In this document: positions 28,641-38,374 of the stretch, piece by piece
Numbering within the stretch: the first letter of the stretch is position 1
Layout of the letters: the number at the start of each line of letters is the position of its first letter
Source of the DNA: an uncultured Bacteroidales bacterium
Lineage (GTDB): Bacteria; Bacteroidota; Bacteroidia; Bacteroidales; M50B96
Direction: 5' to 3'
NCBI GenBank assembly: GCA_964388245.1
Contig: CAYLZH010000004.1
Coordinates: 1-54,817 of the forward strand
Length of the DNA stretch: 54,817 nucleotides
Position numbers and translations under genes: made by a program
The notes under the pieces: model-generated
What the model was told of the DNA's origin: nothing
Database searches by the model: none
Seen by the model: only the letters and a program-made list of their open reading frames with translations

Positions 28641-28768
28641 TGTTTCTTTCAAACGAATGTCTTTATCGGAGCTATCTATTTAAAATTCAAACCACAACGT
28701 TTCTATTATATACTTACAAGATACGGGGGTCATAATTTTAATAAAACTTTATCTCTATCAGTTCCAAA

Positions 28769-30253
28769 TTAATCATTTTCATCTGACTTAATTCGAACTA
28801 CAGCAAGAGAATGAGCCGGAATAACTACCAAGTTAAACTGTCCTTCAATAATCTTTAAATCAAAACTTAAAGGTTGATCCTCTTCATTTTTTAAGAAAAC
28901 CGTAATGTTCTTTTCCGAATCAATAAAAGTCATCGTTCTTCCACTCCCATAATGATGGAAAACAGATGCAATACGTTTCATACCCGGACGTATAAATTTA
29001 CCAAACAAGCACATTACAGCATAATCAGGATTATAAGTAACCGTCTTATTCTCACGATCAATATTTATCAATGAATTTTGAGGCCAGTCCCAACCACTTT
29101 TTTTGGTTTCATTCAAAATCATGTTCCAATAGCAGTAATTAGGAACTCCATAATTTACATACCTTATCATTTCATCAAAACGATCAAAAGCCTGCTTGAC
29201 ATTATTCTGTCCGTTGTGACAATGTCCTTCTGTATGAAATAATTTCAACTCTGGTTGAAGCATCTTTAAATTCATTATGTGCTCGGAAGATGTATATTGA
29301 ATACCCACTCCGTTTACAGATTCAATCCATTCAGGCTTAGAAGCAAATTCAAGCAAATCAAGCTTTTGAGCCGTACGAAAAGTCCCTGCCCAAATTTCCG
29401 TGGAAATTTTATCTTCCTTAAACTGAGGACGTAAATAATTCGTCACAAAAGATCCCATTTCTGCGGCTGACATATAATTAGAGGGGTATTTTGTAATGGC
29501 ATCCTGTTCATTCTGTATCATCAATCTATTTACTTGAATGCCTTCCTCGGCATACGCTTGAATGTATTTCGAAAAATACAAAGCATAAGCCTGATAGATT
29601 TTTGGATCCCCGATCAGTTTACATTTATCCTTATCTTCCTTTCCTTTATCCATAAAACCCGATTCTTTCATCCAACCCGGAGGGCTCCATGGAGAGGCGA
29701 ATAATTTTAAGGATGGATTGTTTTTATAAGCTAACCGGATGTATGGAATGACAGTTGATAAATCACGTTCGATAGAAAAATTCTTCATCACATAATCCCC
29801 TTCCACCTCACTGTAACTATAAGCATCAATACCAAAATCACTTGCACCAATAGCTGTACGACAATACGAGAGTGCTGCAAAGTCATCGGAAAACAGATTA
29901 TGCATAAGTTCATTTCGCTTGTCCTCTGGTAGTGACATTAATGCTTCCCCTCCAATCTCATTAAACGCTCCACCAATTCCTTCCATAGTCTGGAAAGTAA
30001 TTTCAGGATATAAACGAAGAACTTTCACATTTTCAGATTCATATTCACTGTGATATTTCTTAATCGGACTTGACGAAATCTTTAGTCCTTCTATAAGTTC
30101 AACATAATATACTTCTATATCATCACCAGTCTGTAGTTCTGTTTTAGTTGGTTTTGGGATAATGTTTATGTCTCCAGATATATCCTGAGCAATTGAAATT
30201 GAAGAGACTATGCTGGAAACAAGAATTGAGAGAATTAATTTTATACTTTTCAT
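28769..30253 (-). CDS. GH30-family glycosidase (second copy) with a GH20-like N-terminal leader
   Basis: The GH30 motifs GIGGAFNEIGGEAL, LFASPWSPPGWMK and IQNEQD are present. The first ~44 aa parallel the N-terminus of the GH20 gene (GDINIIPKP.K.E.QTGD). Confidence 0.8.
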   Translation of the reverse strand: MKSIKLILSILVSSIVSSISIAQDISGDINIIPKPTKTELQTGDDIEVYYVELIEGLKISSSPIKKYHSEYESENVKVLRLYPEITFQTMEGIGGAFNEIGGEALMSLPEDKRNELMHNLFSDDFAALSYCRTAIGASDFGIDAYSYSEVEGDYVMKNFSIERDLSTVIPYIRLAYKNNPSLKLFASPWSPPGWMKESGFMDKGKEDKDKCKLIGDPKIYQAYALYFSKYIQAYAEEGIQVNRLMIQNEQDAITKYPSNYMSAAEMGSFVTNYLRPQFKEDKISTEIWAGTFRTAQKLDLLEFASKPEWIESVNGVGIQYTSSEHIMNLKMLQPELKLFHTEGHCHNGQNNVKQAFDRFDEMIRYVNYGVPNYCYWNMILNETKKSGWDWPQNSLINIDRENKTVTYNPDYAVMCLFGKFIRPGMKRIASVFHHYGSGRTMTFIDSEKNITVFLKNEEDQPLSFDLKIIEGQFNLVVIPAHSLAVVRIKSDEND

Positions 30254-30274
30254 TTTATGATTTATTAAAACTCA

Positions 30275-30326
30275 ATTTTTTCATTCACTACAAACCTAAG
30301 TGTTTTTTTGACACTAACTATCCGCT
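30275..30326 (-). promoter_or_regulatory. Conserved promoter/operator-like motif upstream of GH30 copy 2
   Basis: The plus-strand core is cattcactacaaacctaagtgtttttttgacactaactat (30282-30321). In gene sense it contains TAGGTTTG (TAnnTTTG, 30298-30291), 37 nt before the ATG at 30253. AGTGT-N7-ACACT lies just upstream. Confidence 0.5.
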
Positions 30327-30440
30327 AAGTATTGTCAATTGTTATCCAAATTGAGACTAATACACAAAAACCATAAATGTAATTTGAAGATTCACTGGCA
30401 ATTAAGTCACCTTGAAGACAAACTGCTATGTGAACTTATT

Positions 30441-33400
30441 TTACCTTTTTACAAATTTCACCGTTTGAACACCATTAACCGTAGCAAGGTATATTCCAGG
30501 ATTTAAAAAGCTTACATCCAACATACCTGATTTTGAAACTGGTTGTACATCTATTTGAAGGCGTCCGGTAAGATCGTAAACCTGAATCGATGAAATTGTT
30601 TCTTCCGAATTAAAATATAAATGGTTTGATGCTGGATTAGGGTAAATTTTCAGATTTCTTTCCACGGCAACATTGGTAAAACTCAGTACATTTCCAAGTT
30701 CCCAACTTGATCCAAAATGATTATCAAGGTCTGGAGATATGAGACTTATGCACTCATCTCCTTGTTGAACAACCGGCCACGGAGCTGTTGGTTTGTAGAA
30801 CACGTGGTCGACAATAATTCCATTGCTATCGGCCAATACGATCATTTCGCCTTCGTTGGCAAGTTTTCCGGATGTCCATTCATAACTTGTGCCGCTTATT
30901 GATGAGAATAGGGAAAGATCTTTTGCAAGCAATATTTTCTCTAATGGTGCAATTAAAGTACCATTAGGAAAGATATAATCTATTGCATTCGAAATACTGT
31001 ACCCGCTGATGTCGATTGTATTTTGACCCGGATTCAGAATCATAATAAATTCTTTATCTGGATTAATTGAGTGAAAATACTGTATATCCGAAATTAGAAC
31101 CTGAGGATCGGAAATAAAACGGTGGTCCAATGTTCCGAGATTCTCGCCGTCAAGCGCAGCAAGCACAGCCCCTGAAGTAGGTTTTAACTGAAAGTCATAT
31201 TCAGTTGGATTAACAAATTCGGGATTCATCCAGTAATTGCTTACTCCTAAAAGTGTATCTGAATCATAAATGTTTCCCTCCAAAATTGCAGTTGAAAGTG
31301 AATCGACAAATACCGGGCTGGTACTGGAATTGGAAAGAATTGAATTGCTAATAGAAACAATACCTCCTCCAAAACCAGGATTTTTTTCATAAACCGAAAC
31401 AGCTGTTGCATTGGAATAAAAAGTAACATGATCGATTGAGGCTTCGCCTTTATCTTTTATGCCCACACCCATGTTGCAATTAACAATGGTATTGTTTTGA
31501 ATTACTGCAGTTGATTGTTGTCCAATTGAAATTCCTTTATCCGTAATGTTGTTCAAAAAACAATTCTCAATTAAAACATTACTGCTTTGTTCTCCCAGGT
31601 CGATGCCATCGCTGTTAGTGCCCAGGAATCCTTCAAAGAAGGAATTCCTGATAATTCCGTTTTGTACTTCATCGTAATCTATGGCATCAGTATCAGGCTG
31701 GTCGTTACCAACAAAAACACAATCACTAACCGTTCCTGCTCCGTATTTTACATTAATCAGATCACCGGTTACATCAGAATGAATGTAACTGTTAAGTAGC
31801 GTTACATCGGAATTGATTGCATAAATAGGATCGCTAAAATTATTTTCAAGAATGAGGTCATTCATATTTACCACACTATTTCGGATGGATATTGCAGCAC
31901 TATGGTGCACTGGATGCAGTCCATTGCTGGCTTCCTTGATTTCAAGGAAACTTAAATTGTTTACTCCTGTAGAGTAATCGAATTTTACAATATTCCAGGA
32001 CACGGCATCATAAGCAGCGTTCGCTTTAAATACAACGGGATGCAACTGTGTTCCATTAACCTGTAAATCTCCCAACACAATTAAACTGGCATCTTCGGGG
32101 AACCATACCTCTACGCCTGAATCTATTGATAAAGAAATATTGGGGAAGATGGTAACTTCGCCTTGCGCCATGTAGGGTGAACATGCAATGTCCAGTGTTG
32201 TATTTGTTGTTATCTCAGATGATAAAATGCAATCTCCGGTAGGTTGATACCTTGCCATCAATCCTGTATCCTGCATTAGCGTAAGATCGATTGTTTGGTT
32301 AGTAGAAATTATGGTTGGCGCTGCTTCCTGTACTAAGAATGACAAATCGAAACTAAGATCTGAACTCGAGCTGTTTGCCTGGTGAATCTCAACTGCGATA
32401 ATGTTGGTGTCGTTTAAGGACACGAGCGGAATGGCGTATTCAATTAGGTTATCTTCAGCAGTACCAGAAACTGTGCCTGATGCTTCTGTTTCGAAAGTGA
32501 CGCTACCCAATGGCATATTACTTCGGGCAATTTCTACTCCATTCAGGTACACAACTGCTCCGTCGTCTCTTCTGATTTTAAGAATTGCTCCGAGAGGCTG
32601 CTGAGCACTTGTATACAGAAACTGCTTGCGAAAATAGCTGGTAATGTGCTTGTCCTGACTGCTGCTGCCATAGGAAATTGTTGTTGTTTCATCATTATCG
32701 CCGTAGCCTAATTCTGCCTGTCCGGACGACCAGAAAGAGTCATCAAAATTCGATTCTTTCCATGTTGTTCCAAGATCTAGGCCCGAATCGTTGTATTTCC
32801 ACACTTCTTCCAATGAAACAAGTTCGGTAAGCGCAATTGCCGACCATCCTTCAAAATTATATCCGGGTTTAGAACTGGCTGTAAGCTGCAAAGGAACCTG
32901 GTCGAAGTAAGGACCAATCCATGGTAATTGCGGAATCATAAAATCATTGATCTGAATCTCGCCAGCATTTTCTGGATAACATGCGGTACTCAAATTCACA
33001 ATTGAATTAAATCCAAATTCAGATTGTAATTCTTCCATCATAAAGGCATGTCTGGCTTCTGCAAAGGATCTAAGATCCTCCACTTCTTCTTCCCAAAATG
33101 CAACGGTTTCGATTCCATCTCCATAACCGGACGTGGTTCCGCTCCATCGTGCTACGTGAAATGGAATTTCAGGAATTAAAGGATTTGCAAATTTATCAAT
33201 CATAGCGTTTACCCTTATCGGATGGAAGGTTGTATAGATATGATCGTTGAAACGCTGAGCGAAGTATGCTGCATAATCATCGTTCTCCAATAGATTTTCC
33301 ATCCATTGTCGTGCATAATTGTATGTGCTGCTCCCACCAGTGGTTTCAGCAAATTCACTAAGTTCGAATTCATCATCGTCGAATGCCCGGTCAAAATCAG

Positions 33401-34916
33401 CAAAAAGGAATTGCCATTTTCCTCCATCGTGTGGTTTCCAAAGTGCAACGTTGTGTCCCCAACTACTATTGGCGGTCCATATTTCACTAATCCAGTAATC
33501 GGTGTAGTTTTCGATGTCCAAAATGTTTTCTAATTGGGTATAATTTGCCTGAATGCTAAGGTCTGTATTGAGCAATGCATCTAACTCGATAAATTGAGCA
33601 TCTGATCCTTCCTCTATATCTCCGTCATTTTCAATCAAATCAAAGCTGCCTGGTTCCAAATTGTAATTTTCCTCAATGTATCCGCCATTTATACCGGATC
33701 TCAGATTATGAATACCCATGTATTCTCCATTTATGGTAACAATACACTGCCTGAATCCCTGATGTGGAACAGGAGCATTTTGCTGTGTTAGAGACTGTGA
33801 AAGGCCATCTCTAAATAAAGTATAGGCCCAGTCGCTTCCACTTGCACGTAAAATTATATCATCAAATACAATACGATCCCGATCAAAAAATAAAGGATAG
33901 TCTAACTTGCCTTTCCCGTACTCGTTTCGAAATTCGATGCCTAACATTTTCTGAGGGAGTTCCCAGCTATTCTGTCCTTTTATACTGACACCGGCTCGCT
34001 CGTTAAAAACGGATCGGTTATTCCCGTCGTTTTCGAAAAACTCAATGTTAACCGGATATTCCCATTCAGGTTTAAAATTCTGTACATAAATTCCCGAGTC
34101 TGAACTCCAGAAATACTCGGGATCAGTAACAAGTGATACTACTGGTAAACCACGGCTTTCAAAGTTTTCACCAATAAAATAAGATTGAGTAATTACGGGT
34201 CCAGGGATAAAATTAGTCTGATAAATGCGTGCCCGAACAAAGGTTGAATTCGAAATATATATAGGGTTTGAATAAATGGGATCGCTATGGGTCGGTGTGG
34301 ATCCATCTATGGTATAATGGATTGTTCCTCCAAGGCTTGACAGTTCCAAAGATTGAGTTGTGCTGTAAAACCCACCCCGGACCGAAAATTCAGTCTCGTA
34401 AAAAGTGATACCGGAATAGGCAACAGATGTATTATTCGAAGCCCCGGGTGTGGATGTTGAAAACCAGCCCCAGTTTGTGCTGCCGTCGGTTTGTCGGCCA
34501 TAACTTATATCTGTTTGCTGTGTTGAATAAACAAAACTGTCGATTGCGCTAAGGTTTGGATCGAAGAATCCAAGCTCTTCTCCCGCACTGCTTAGCTTGA
34601 ACGAAGCATGCATTAATGTGTCAGTGCCATCGGCCCAAATAACCAGATAACCATTCCCAGGAATTATAGTTCCGGTTGGGATAGCCCATTTATCTGCATT
34701 ACCAAGGTTGTCGGTCAAATAATATCCTGAAATATTTATGCTTGCTGAAGAACTGTTGAAAAGCTCAATCCAGTCAGCACTTTCGTTGTTGTCCGGATCG
34801 TTGATGGCCGAAGAATTTGCAGCCATAAATTCATTAATTAATACCTGTGCGAATCCTTGATGGAATAGCAAAACCATAAAGGAAATGAGTAAAATTTGAA
34901 TTATTTCTTTTTTCAT
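30441..34916 (-). CDS. 1491-aa T9SS-exported protein: lamin-tail domain, CHB_HEX_C, CotH kinase-like domain, beta-sandwich, right-handed beta-helix, second lamin-tail domain, Por sorting domain
   Basis: LTD motif: LINEFMAANSS...ADWIELFN. CHB_HEX_C motif: IHYTIDGSTPTHSDPIY. CotH-like motifs: DWAYTLFRDGLSQSL...CIVTINGEYMGIHNL and SSWGHNVALWKPHDGGKWQFLFADFDRAF. Repetitive N/G/I-rich beta-helix turns follow. The C-terminus has KIYPNPASNHLYF... Confidence 0.8.
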   Translation of the reverse strand: MKKEIIQILLISFMVLLFHQGFAQVLINEFMAANSSAINDPDNNESADWIELFNSSSASINISGYYLTDNLGNADKWAIPTGTIIPGNGYLVIWADGTDTLMHASFKLSSAGEELGFFDPNLSAIDSFVYSTQQTDISYGRQTDGSTNWGWFSTSTPGASNNTSVAYSGITFYETEFSVRGGFYSTTQSLELSSLGGTIHYTIDGSTPTHSDPIYSNPIYISNSTFVRARIYQTNFIPGPVITQSYFIGENFESRGLPVVSLVTDPEYFWSSDSGIYVQNFKPEWEYPVNIEFFENDGNNRSVFNERAGVSIKGQNSWELPQKMLGIEFRNEYGKGKLDYPLFFDRDRIVFDDIILRASGSDWAYTLFRDGLSQSLTQQNAPVPHQGFRQCIVTINGEYMGIHNLRSGINGGYIEENYNLEPGSFDLIENDGDIEEGSDAQFIELDALLNTDLSIQANYTQLENILDIENYTDYWISEIWTANSSWGHNVALWKPHDGGKWQFLFADFDRAFDDDEFELSEFAETTGGSSTYNYARQWMENLLENDDYAAYFAQRFNDHIYTTFHPIRVNAMIDKFANPLIPEIPFHVARWSGTTSGYGDGIETVAFWEEEVEDLRSFAEARHAFMMEELQSEFGFNSIVNLSTACYPENAGEIQINDFMIPQLPWIGPYFDQVPLQLTASSKPGYNFEGWSAIALTELVSLEEVWKYNDSGLDLGTTWKESNFDDSFWSSGQAELGYGDNDETTTISYGSSSQDKHITSYFRKQFLYTSAQQPLGAILKIRRDDGAVVYLNGVEIARSNMPLGSVTFETEASGTVSGTAEDNLIEYAIPLVSLNDTNIIAVEIHQANSSSSDLSFDLSFLVQEAAPTIISTNQTIDLTLMQDTGLMARYQPTGDCILSSEITTNTTLDIACSPYMAQGEVTIFPNISLSIDSGVEVWFPEDASLIVLGDLQVNGTQLHPVVFKANAAYDAVSWNIVKFDYSTGVNNLSFLEIKEASNGLHPVHHSAAISIRNSVVNMNDLILENNFSDPIYAINSDVTLLNSYIHSDVTGDLINVKYGAGTVSDCVFVGNDQPDTDAIDYDEVQNGIIRNSFFEGFLGTNSDGIDLGEQSSNVLIENCFLNNITDKGISIGQQSTAVIQNNTIVNCNMGVGIKDKGEASIDHVTFYSNATAVSVYEKNPGFGGGIVSISNSILSNSSTSPVFVDSLSTAILEGNIYDSDTLLGVSNYWMNPEFVNPTEYDFQLKPTSGAVLAALDGENLGTLDHRFISDPQVLISDIQYFHSINPDKEFIMILNPGQNTIDISGYSISNAIDYIFPNGTLIAPLEKILLAKDLSLFSSISGTSYEWTSGKLANEGEMIVLADSNGIIVDHVFYKPTAPWPVVQQGDECISLISPDLDNHFGSSWELGNVLSFTNVAVERNLKIYPNPASNHLYFNSEETISSIQVYDLTGRLQIDVQPVSKSGMLDVSFLNPGIYLATVNGVQTVKFVKR
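30444..30656 (-). other. T9SS type-A C-terminal sorting domain
   Basis: The sequence is NLKIYPNPASNHLYFNSEETISSIQVYDLTGRL...GIYLATVNGVQTVKFVKR. Confidence 0.8.
33027..34154 (-). other. CotH-like domain (approximately aa 255-630)
   Basis: Boundaries were estimated from the CotH-like motifs listed for the parent CDS. Confidence 0.5.
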
Positions 34917-35100
34917 TATTCAATTATATACCTATCTAATTATTTGTAGTGATGCGAAATAGTAAATATGGTTGCATTATGTTTCAAAATAGAGCTTAAT
35001 ATCAAGGTGTTTTAATTCCTCTTTTGATGGTTGAGCAAAACCAACAAGTTTTATACAAATTATACGTGTTACAATTAAATAGCATCCCTCTAATCTTTTC

Positions 35101-36015
35101 TTATTCATTCGTACCTAACATGTACACAATCGGTTCAATTATGCCATCTTCTCTAAAAACCATTTTTTCAAAGCATGCCGATCGACGATGAAATGAACCT
35201 TCATTCACATCACCCCTATGGTAAAAAAAATACCATTGATCCTTGAATTCAATTACAGATGCATGATTTGGAGCGTTTGGTGCATCTGGTGCTAGTTCTC
35301 CCATATAGTTAGCATATTGAGGTAGTGGTTCGTTGGCCATCCAGTACTTTGTTACTTTCCCCACCCGTGCGTGAAAATAATAAATACCATTACGCTTAAA
35401 AACATGTACAGCCTCGCTTACCGTTTCTTCGCTCAGGCGCACCCAGGGGCCATCCAGTTCTATCATGTTATCCTTTAATTTTGCCCCCATGATATGCCAG
35501 CCCGGATCACCAATATTCACCTTGTGGTCATTTCCATAGATATAGGCTTGACCATCATCAACAATTACACAAGGATCGAAAATAGTTGTTATCTTTTCGG
35601 ATACAGCTTCTTCCCATGGGCCAACCGGGGTGCGACTTTTCGCTACTCCAATGTGAGTCTTGTCATAGGGGAAATAGAAATAATACCAACCATTTTTGTA
35701 GGCGACATCAGGAGCATTCATCTGACCATGTGCCCAGTCAAATTCTCGCGGCTTTAGTACTACACCGTGATTAGTCCAGCTTTTCATATCCGAAGATTCA
35801 AGCACAACGTAATCCTGCATGGTTTTAAAAGATGTTGCACCCGGTACATCTCTCGAACAATACACATACACAGTATCTTTAAACACTTCTGCTGCAGGAT
35901 CGGCCGCATAAACAAATCCGGAATCTGCTAAATGCAAAATTGGATTTTGTGCATCACTGATTTTACTCAATGTGATAAGTAAAATTAACAGTCCTATATT
36001 CTTTGCAATGTTCAC
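35101..36015 (-). CDS. GH43-family glycosidase (secreted)
   Basis: The motifs ADPAAEVFKDTVYVYCS, NAPDVAYKNGWYYFYF, IFDPCVIVDDGQAYIY and SEAVHVFKRNGIYYFH show the five-bladed propeller pattern. The start is GTG, directly after an in-frame stop, and there is no alternative ATG. Confidence 0.85.
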   Translation of the reverse strand: MNIAKNIGLLILLITLSKISDAQNPILHLADSGFVYAADPAAEVFKDTVYVYCSRDVPGATSFKTMQDYVVLESSDMKSWTNHGVVLKPREFDWAHGQMNAPDVAYKNGWYYFYFPYDKTHIGVAKSRTPVGPWEEAVSEKITTIFDPCVIVDDGQAYIYGNDHKVNIGDPGWHIMGAKLKDNMIELDGPWVRLSEETVSEAVHVFKRNGIYYFHARVGKVTKYWMANEPLPQYANYMGELAPDAPNAPNHASVIEFKDQWYFFYHRGDVNEGSFHRRSACFEKMVFREDGIIEPIVYMLGTNE

Positions 36016-36024
36016 TTACCTATT

Positions 36025-38373
36025 CTAAAGTTCATAAACGAACTCACCGCCAAGTTCCAGGTTAATTGTAGCTTTATTCCCCTTATGTTCAACTTCGGTT
36101 TGACCGCCTTTTTCTGATTTGATTACTGCTTTTACAAGCTTACCATCCTTCCAAAAAATATCACATTCAAAACCACCTCTGGCTTTTAGACCTGTTACGC
36201 TTCCTTCGCTCCATGCATTGGGTAAAGCGGGTAAGAGATGAATGGTTCCATTGTGTGATTGCAACAGCATTTCGGCAATTCCGGCTGTCCCGCCAAAGTT
36301 TCCATCAATCTGGAATGGAGGATGGGTGTCGAACAAGTTTGGTAAGGTTGATTTGGCCAGTAAGAGCTGGAAGTGCTTCCATGCCTCTTCGCCATTTTGC
36401 AAACGGGCGTAGAAATTAACTATCCATGCACGGCTCCAGCCTGTATGTCCTCCGCCAGCTGAGAGCCTGCGTTCTATCGTTTTTCGGGCAGCTTCGAAAA
36501 GCTCAGGTGATTCGGGTGTAATTTGTGCCAAGGGATAAAGCCCTAGCAAATGAGATATGTGTCGGTGTCCAACCTTTACTTCTTCATAATCCTGAATCCA
36601 CTCCTGAATGGTTCCATTTCCTCCAATCTGGACCGGTGGTAATCTTTTTCTTATTCCTTCTACTTTTTCAGAGAAAGAGTGATCGGTATCTAAAATTCTG
36701 CTGGATGCAGTAATCATATCAAATAATTGATTGATAATCTGAATATCGATGGTAGCTGCATAAGTTAGTGCAGATCGCTCTTCTTTGTTTGTGCCGGGAA
36801 CAAAAAACATATTTTCGGGTGAGTGGGATGGATTGCTTACCAAATAATCTTCCGGTGATTCTACCAAAAAGTCGAGGACAAATTCTGCCGCACCTTTAAT
36901 GATAGGATATATGGATTTCAAATAAGTAGTATCCCGTGTAAACTCAAAATGACGGTACAGAGGAAAAGTCATCCACGGACCGGCAAGCGGTGATACTCCC
37001 CAAACTCCATCGGCAACACCTGTTCTTCCATAAACATCTGTAAGATGATGCATTGTCCATCCATTTGCCCCGTACATTTTCCCAGCGGTAACTGCACCCG
37101 GAATCGTGAGATTTTCCATGAACCTGGCAAGTATTAAACTGGTTTCCGAAAAGTTGCATACTTCTGCCGGCCAGTAATTCATCTGCAGATTGATGTTGGT
37201 GTGAAAATCGGAATTCCAGGGAGCCTTATATTTTTCATTCCACACTCCCTGCAAATTAGCAGGCAAACGGCCCGGTTGGCGAGAGGACCCCATCAGCAGA
37301 TATCTTCCGTATTGAAAATAGGTGGCGACCAACCCGTTGTCGGTTGCACCTTCTTTCACACGGTTCAATCGCTGATCTGTAGGCAGATGGTTTAGGGTGT
37401 CTTCTCCAAAGCTCAAACTTACTCGTTCAAATAAATTGCGATGATCCAGAACATGTTCCTCTTTTATATCAGCAAAAGACTGTTTCCTGGCTTTATGGAG
37501 TATTTTTTCACATTCTGTAAGTGGATTAATGGTTTCAGAAACATCAAGGTTCTCAATATCATAATTGGTAGCTGCGGTTAGGTAGATGGTCACTGCATTA
37601 ACAGCATTGCAAGAAAATCCTTCGGCTGTATTCTCCAAGCTTCCTCCATTGATTTCCACCCTGGCCAAAGCCGAGAATTTCATGTGAGCACCTGCCTTGC
37701 CTTTCTTGGGATGCTCTTCATCAATAATCTGCCCTGTCATGACAATCATACCATCGGAAGTGGTTTTAACTTCAGCATCTTTCTCGCGCCTCAATTCTAA
37801 ATCCAAATCAATGGGTTCGGTAGCAGAAATCCTGACAACGATAATATCATCTGGAGCTGATGCAAACACTTCCTGTGTTATCTGCTTGTCTCCAATTTGG
37901 AACGTCGTGGTCGCAATCCCTGTATTCAAATTCAAATCCCTTCTGTAGTTCTTTGCCTCGCTTCCCCAATGATAATCCATAAAAAGATCACCCAATGGTT
38001 GATAGGAGCGAATTTGAGGCGGAGTTCCAACCATGCATTCAGAGGCCAATTTACTTGCTTCCTTATATTCCCCCTCAAAAATCAGCTGCTGAATCTTCTC
38101 CAGGTTCTCCCGTGATCTTGGGTTGTTGTTATCAATTTTGGATCCTGCCCACAAACTCTCTTCGTTTAACTGGATCCGCTCGGTCTCTGGATTGCCAAAT
38201 ATCATGGCACCCATTCGGCCGTTCCCAACAGGCAGTGCCTCATTCCATTTTTCAGCAGGTTTATCGTACCATAGCTTTGGCGAAGGATTCAATTTATTAT
38301 CCGTTTTTGAAATGCTACAAGAAACGTATGTTAGCACTGACAAAATCAGCACAAAACGACTTAGTTTATTCAT
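36025..38373 (-). CDS. GH95-family alpha-L-fucosidase lipoprotein
   Basis: The N-terminal signature LWYDKPAEKWNEALPVGNGRMGAMIFG is present. The 782-aa length and (alpha/alpha)6-type C-terminal half are consistent with GH95. Confidence 0.85.
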   Translation of the reverse strand: MNKLSRFVLILSVLTYVSCSISKTDNKLNPSPKLWYDKPAEKWNEALPVGNGRMGAMIFGNPETERIQLNEESLWAGSKIDNNNPRSRENLEKIQQLIFEGEYKEASKLASECMVGTPPQIRSYQPLGDLFMDYHWGSEAKNYRRDLNLNTGIATTTFQIGDKQITQEVFASAPDDIIVVRISATEPIDLDLELRREKDAEVKTTSDGMIVMTGQIIDEEHPKKGKAGAHMKFSALARVEINGGSLENTAEGFSCNAVNAVTIYLTAATNYDIENLDVSETINPLTECEKILHKARKQSFADIKEEHVLDHRNLFERVSLSFGEDTLNHLPTDQRLNRVKEGATDNGLVATYFQYGRYLLMGSSRQPGRLPANLQGVWNEKYKAPWNSDFHTNINLQMNYWPAEVCNFSETSLILARFMENLTIPGAVTAGKMYGANGWTMHHLTDVYGRTGVADGVWGVSPLAGPWMTFPLYRHFEFTRDTTYLKSIYPIIKGAAEFVLDFLVESPEDYLVSNPSHSPENMFFVPGTNKEERSALTYAATIDIQIINQLFDMITASSRILDTDHSFSEKVEGIRKRLPPVQIGGNGTIQEWIQDYEEVKVGHRHISHLLGLYPLAQITPESPELFEAARKTIERRLSAGGGHTGWSRAWIVNFYARLQNGEEAWKHFQLLLAKSTLPNLFDTHPPFQIDGNFGGTAGIAEMLLQSHNGTIHLLPALPNAWSEGSVTGLKARGGFECDIFWKDGKLVKAVIKSEKGGQTEVEHKGNKATINLELGGEFVYEL

Positions 38374-38374
38374 C

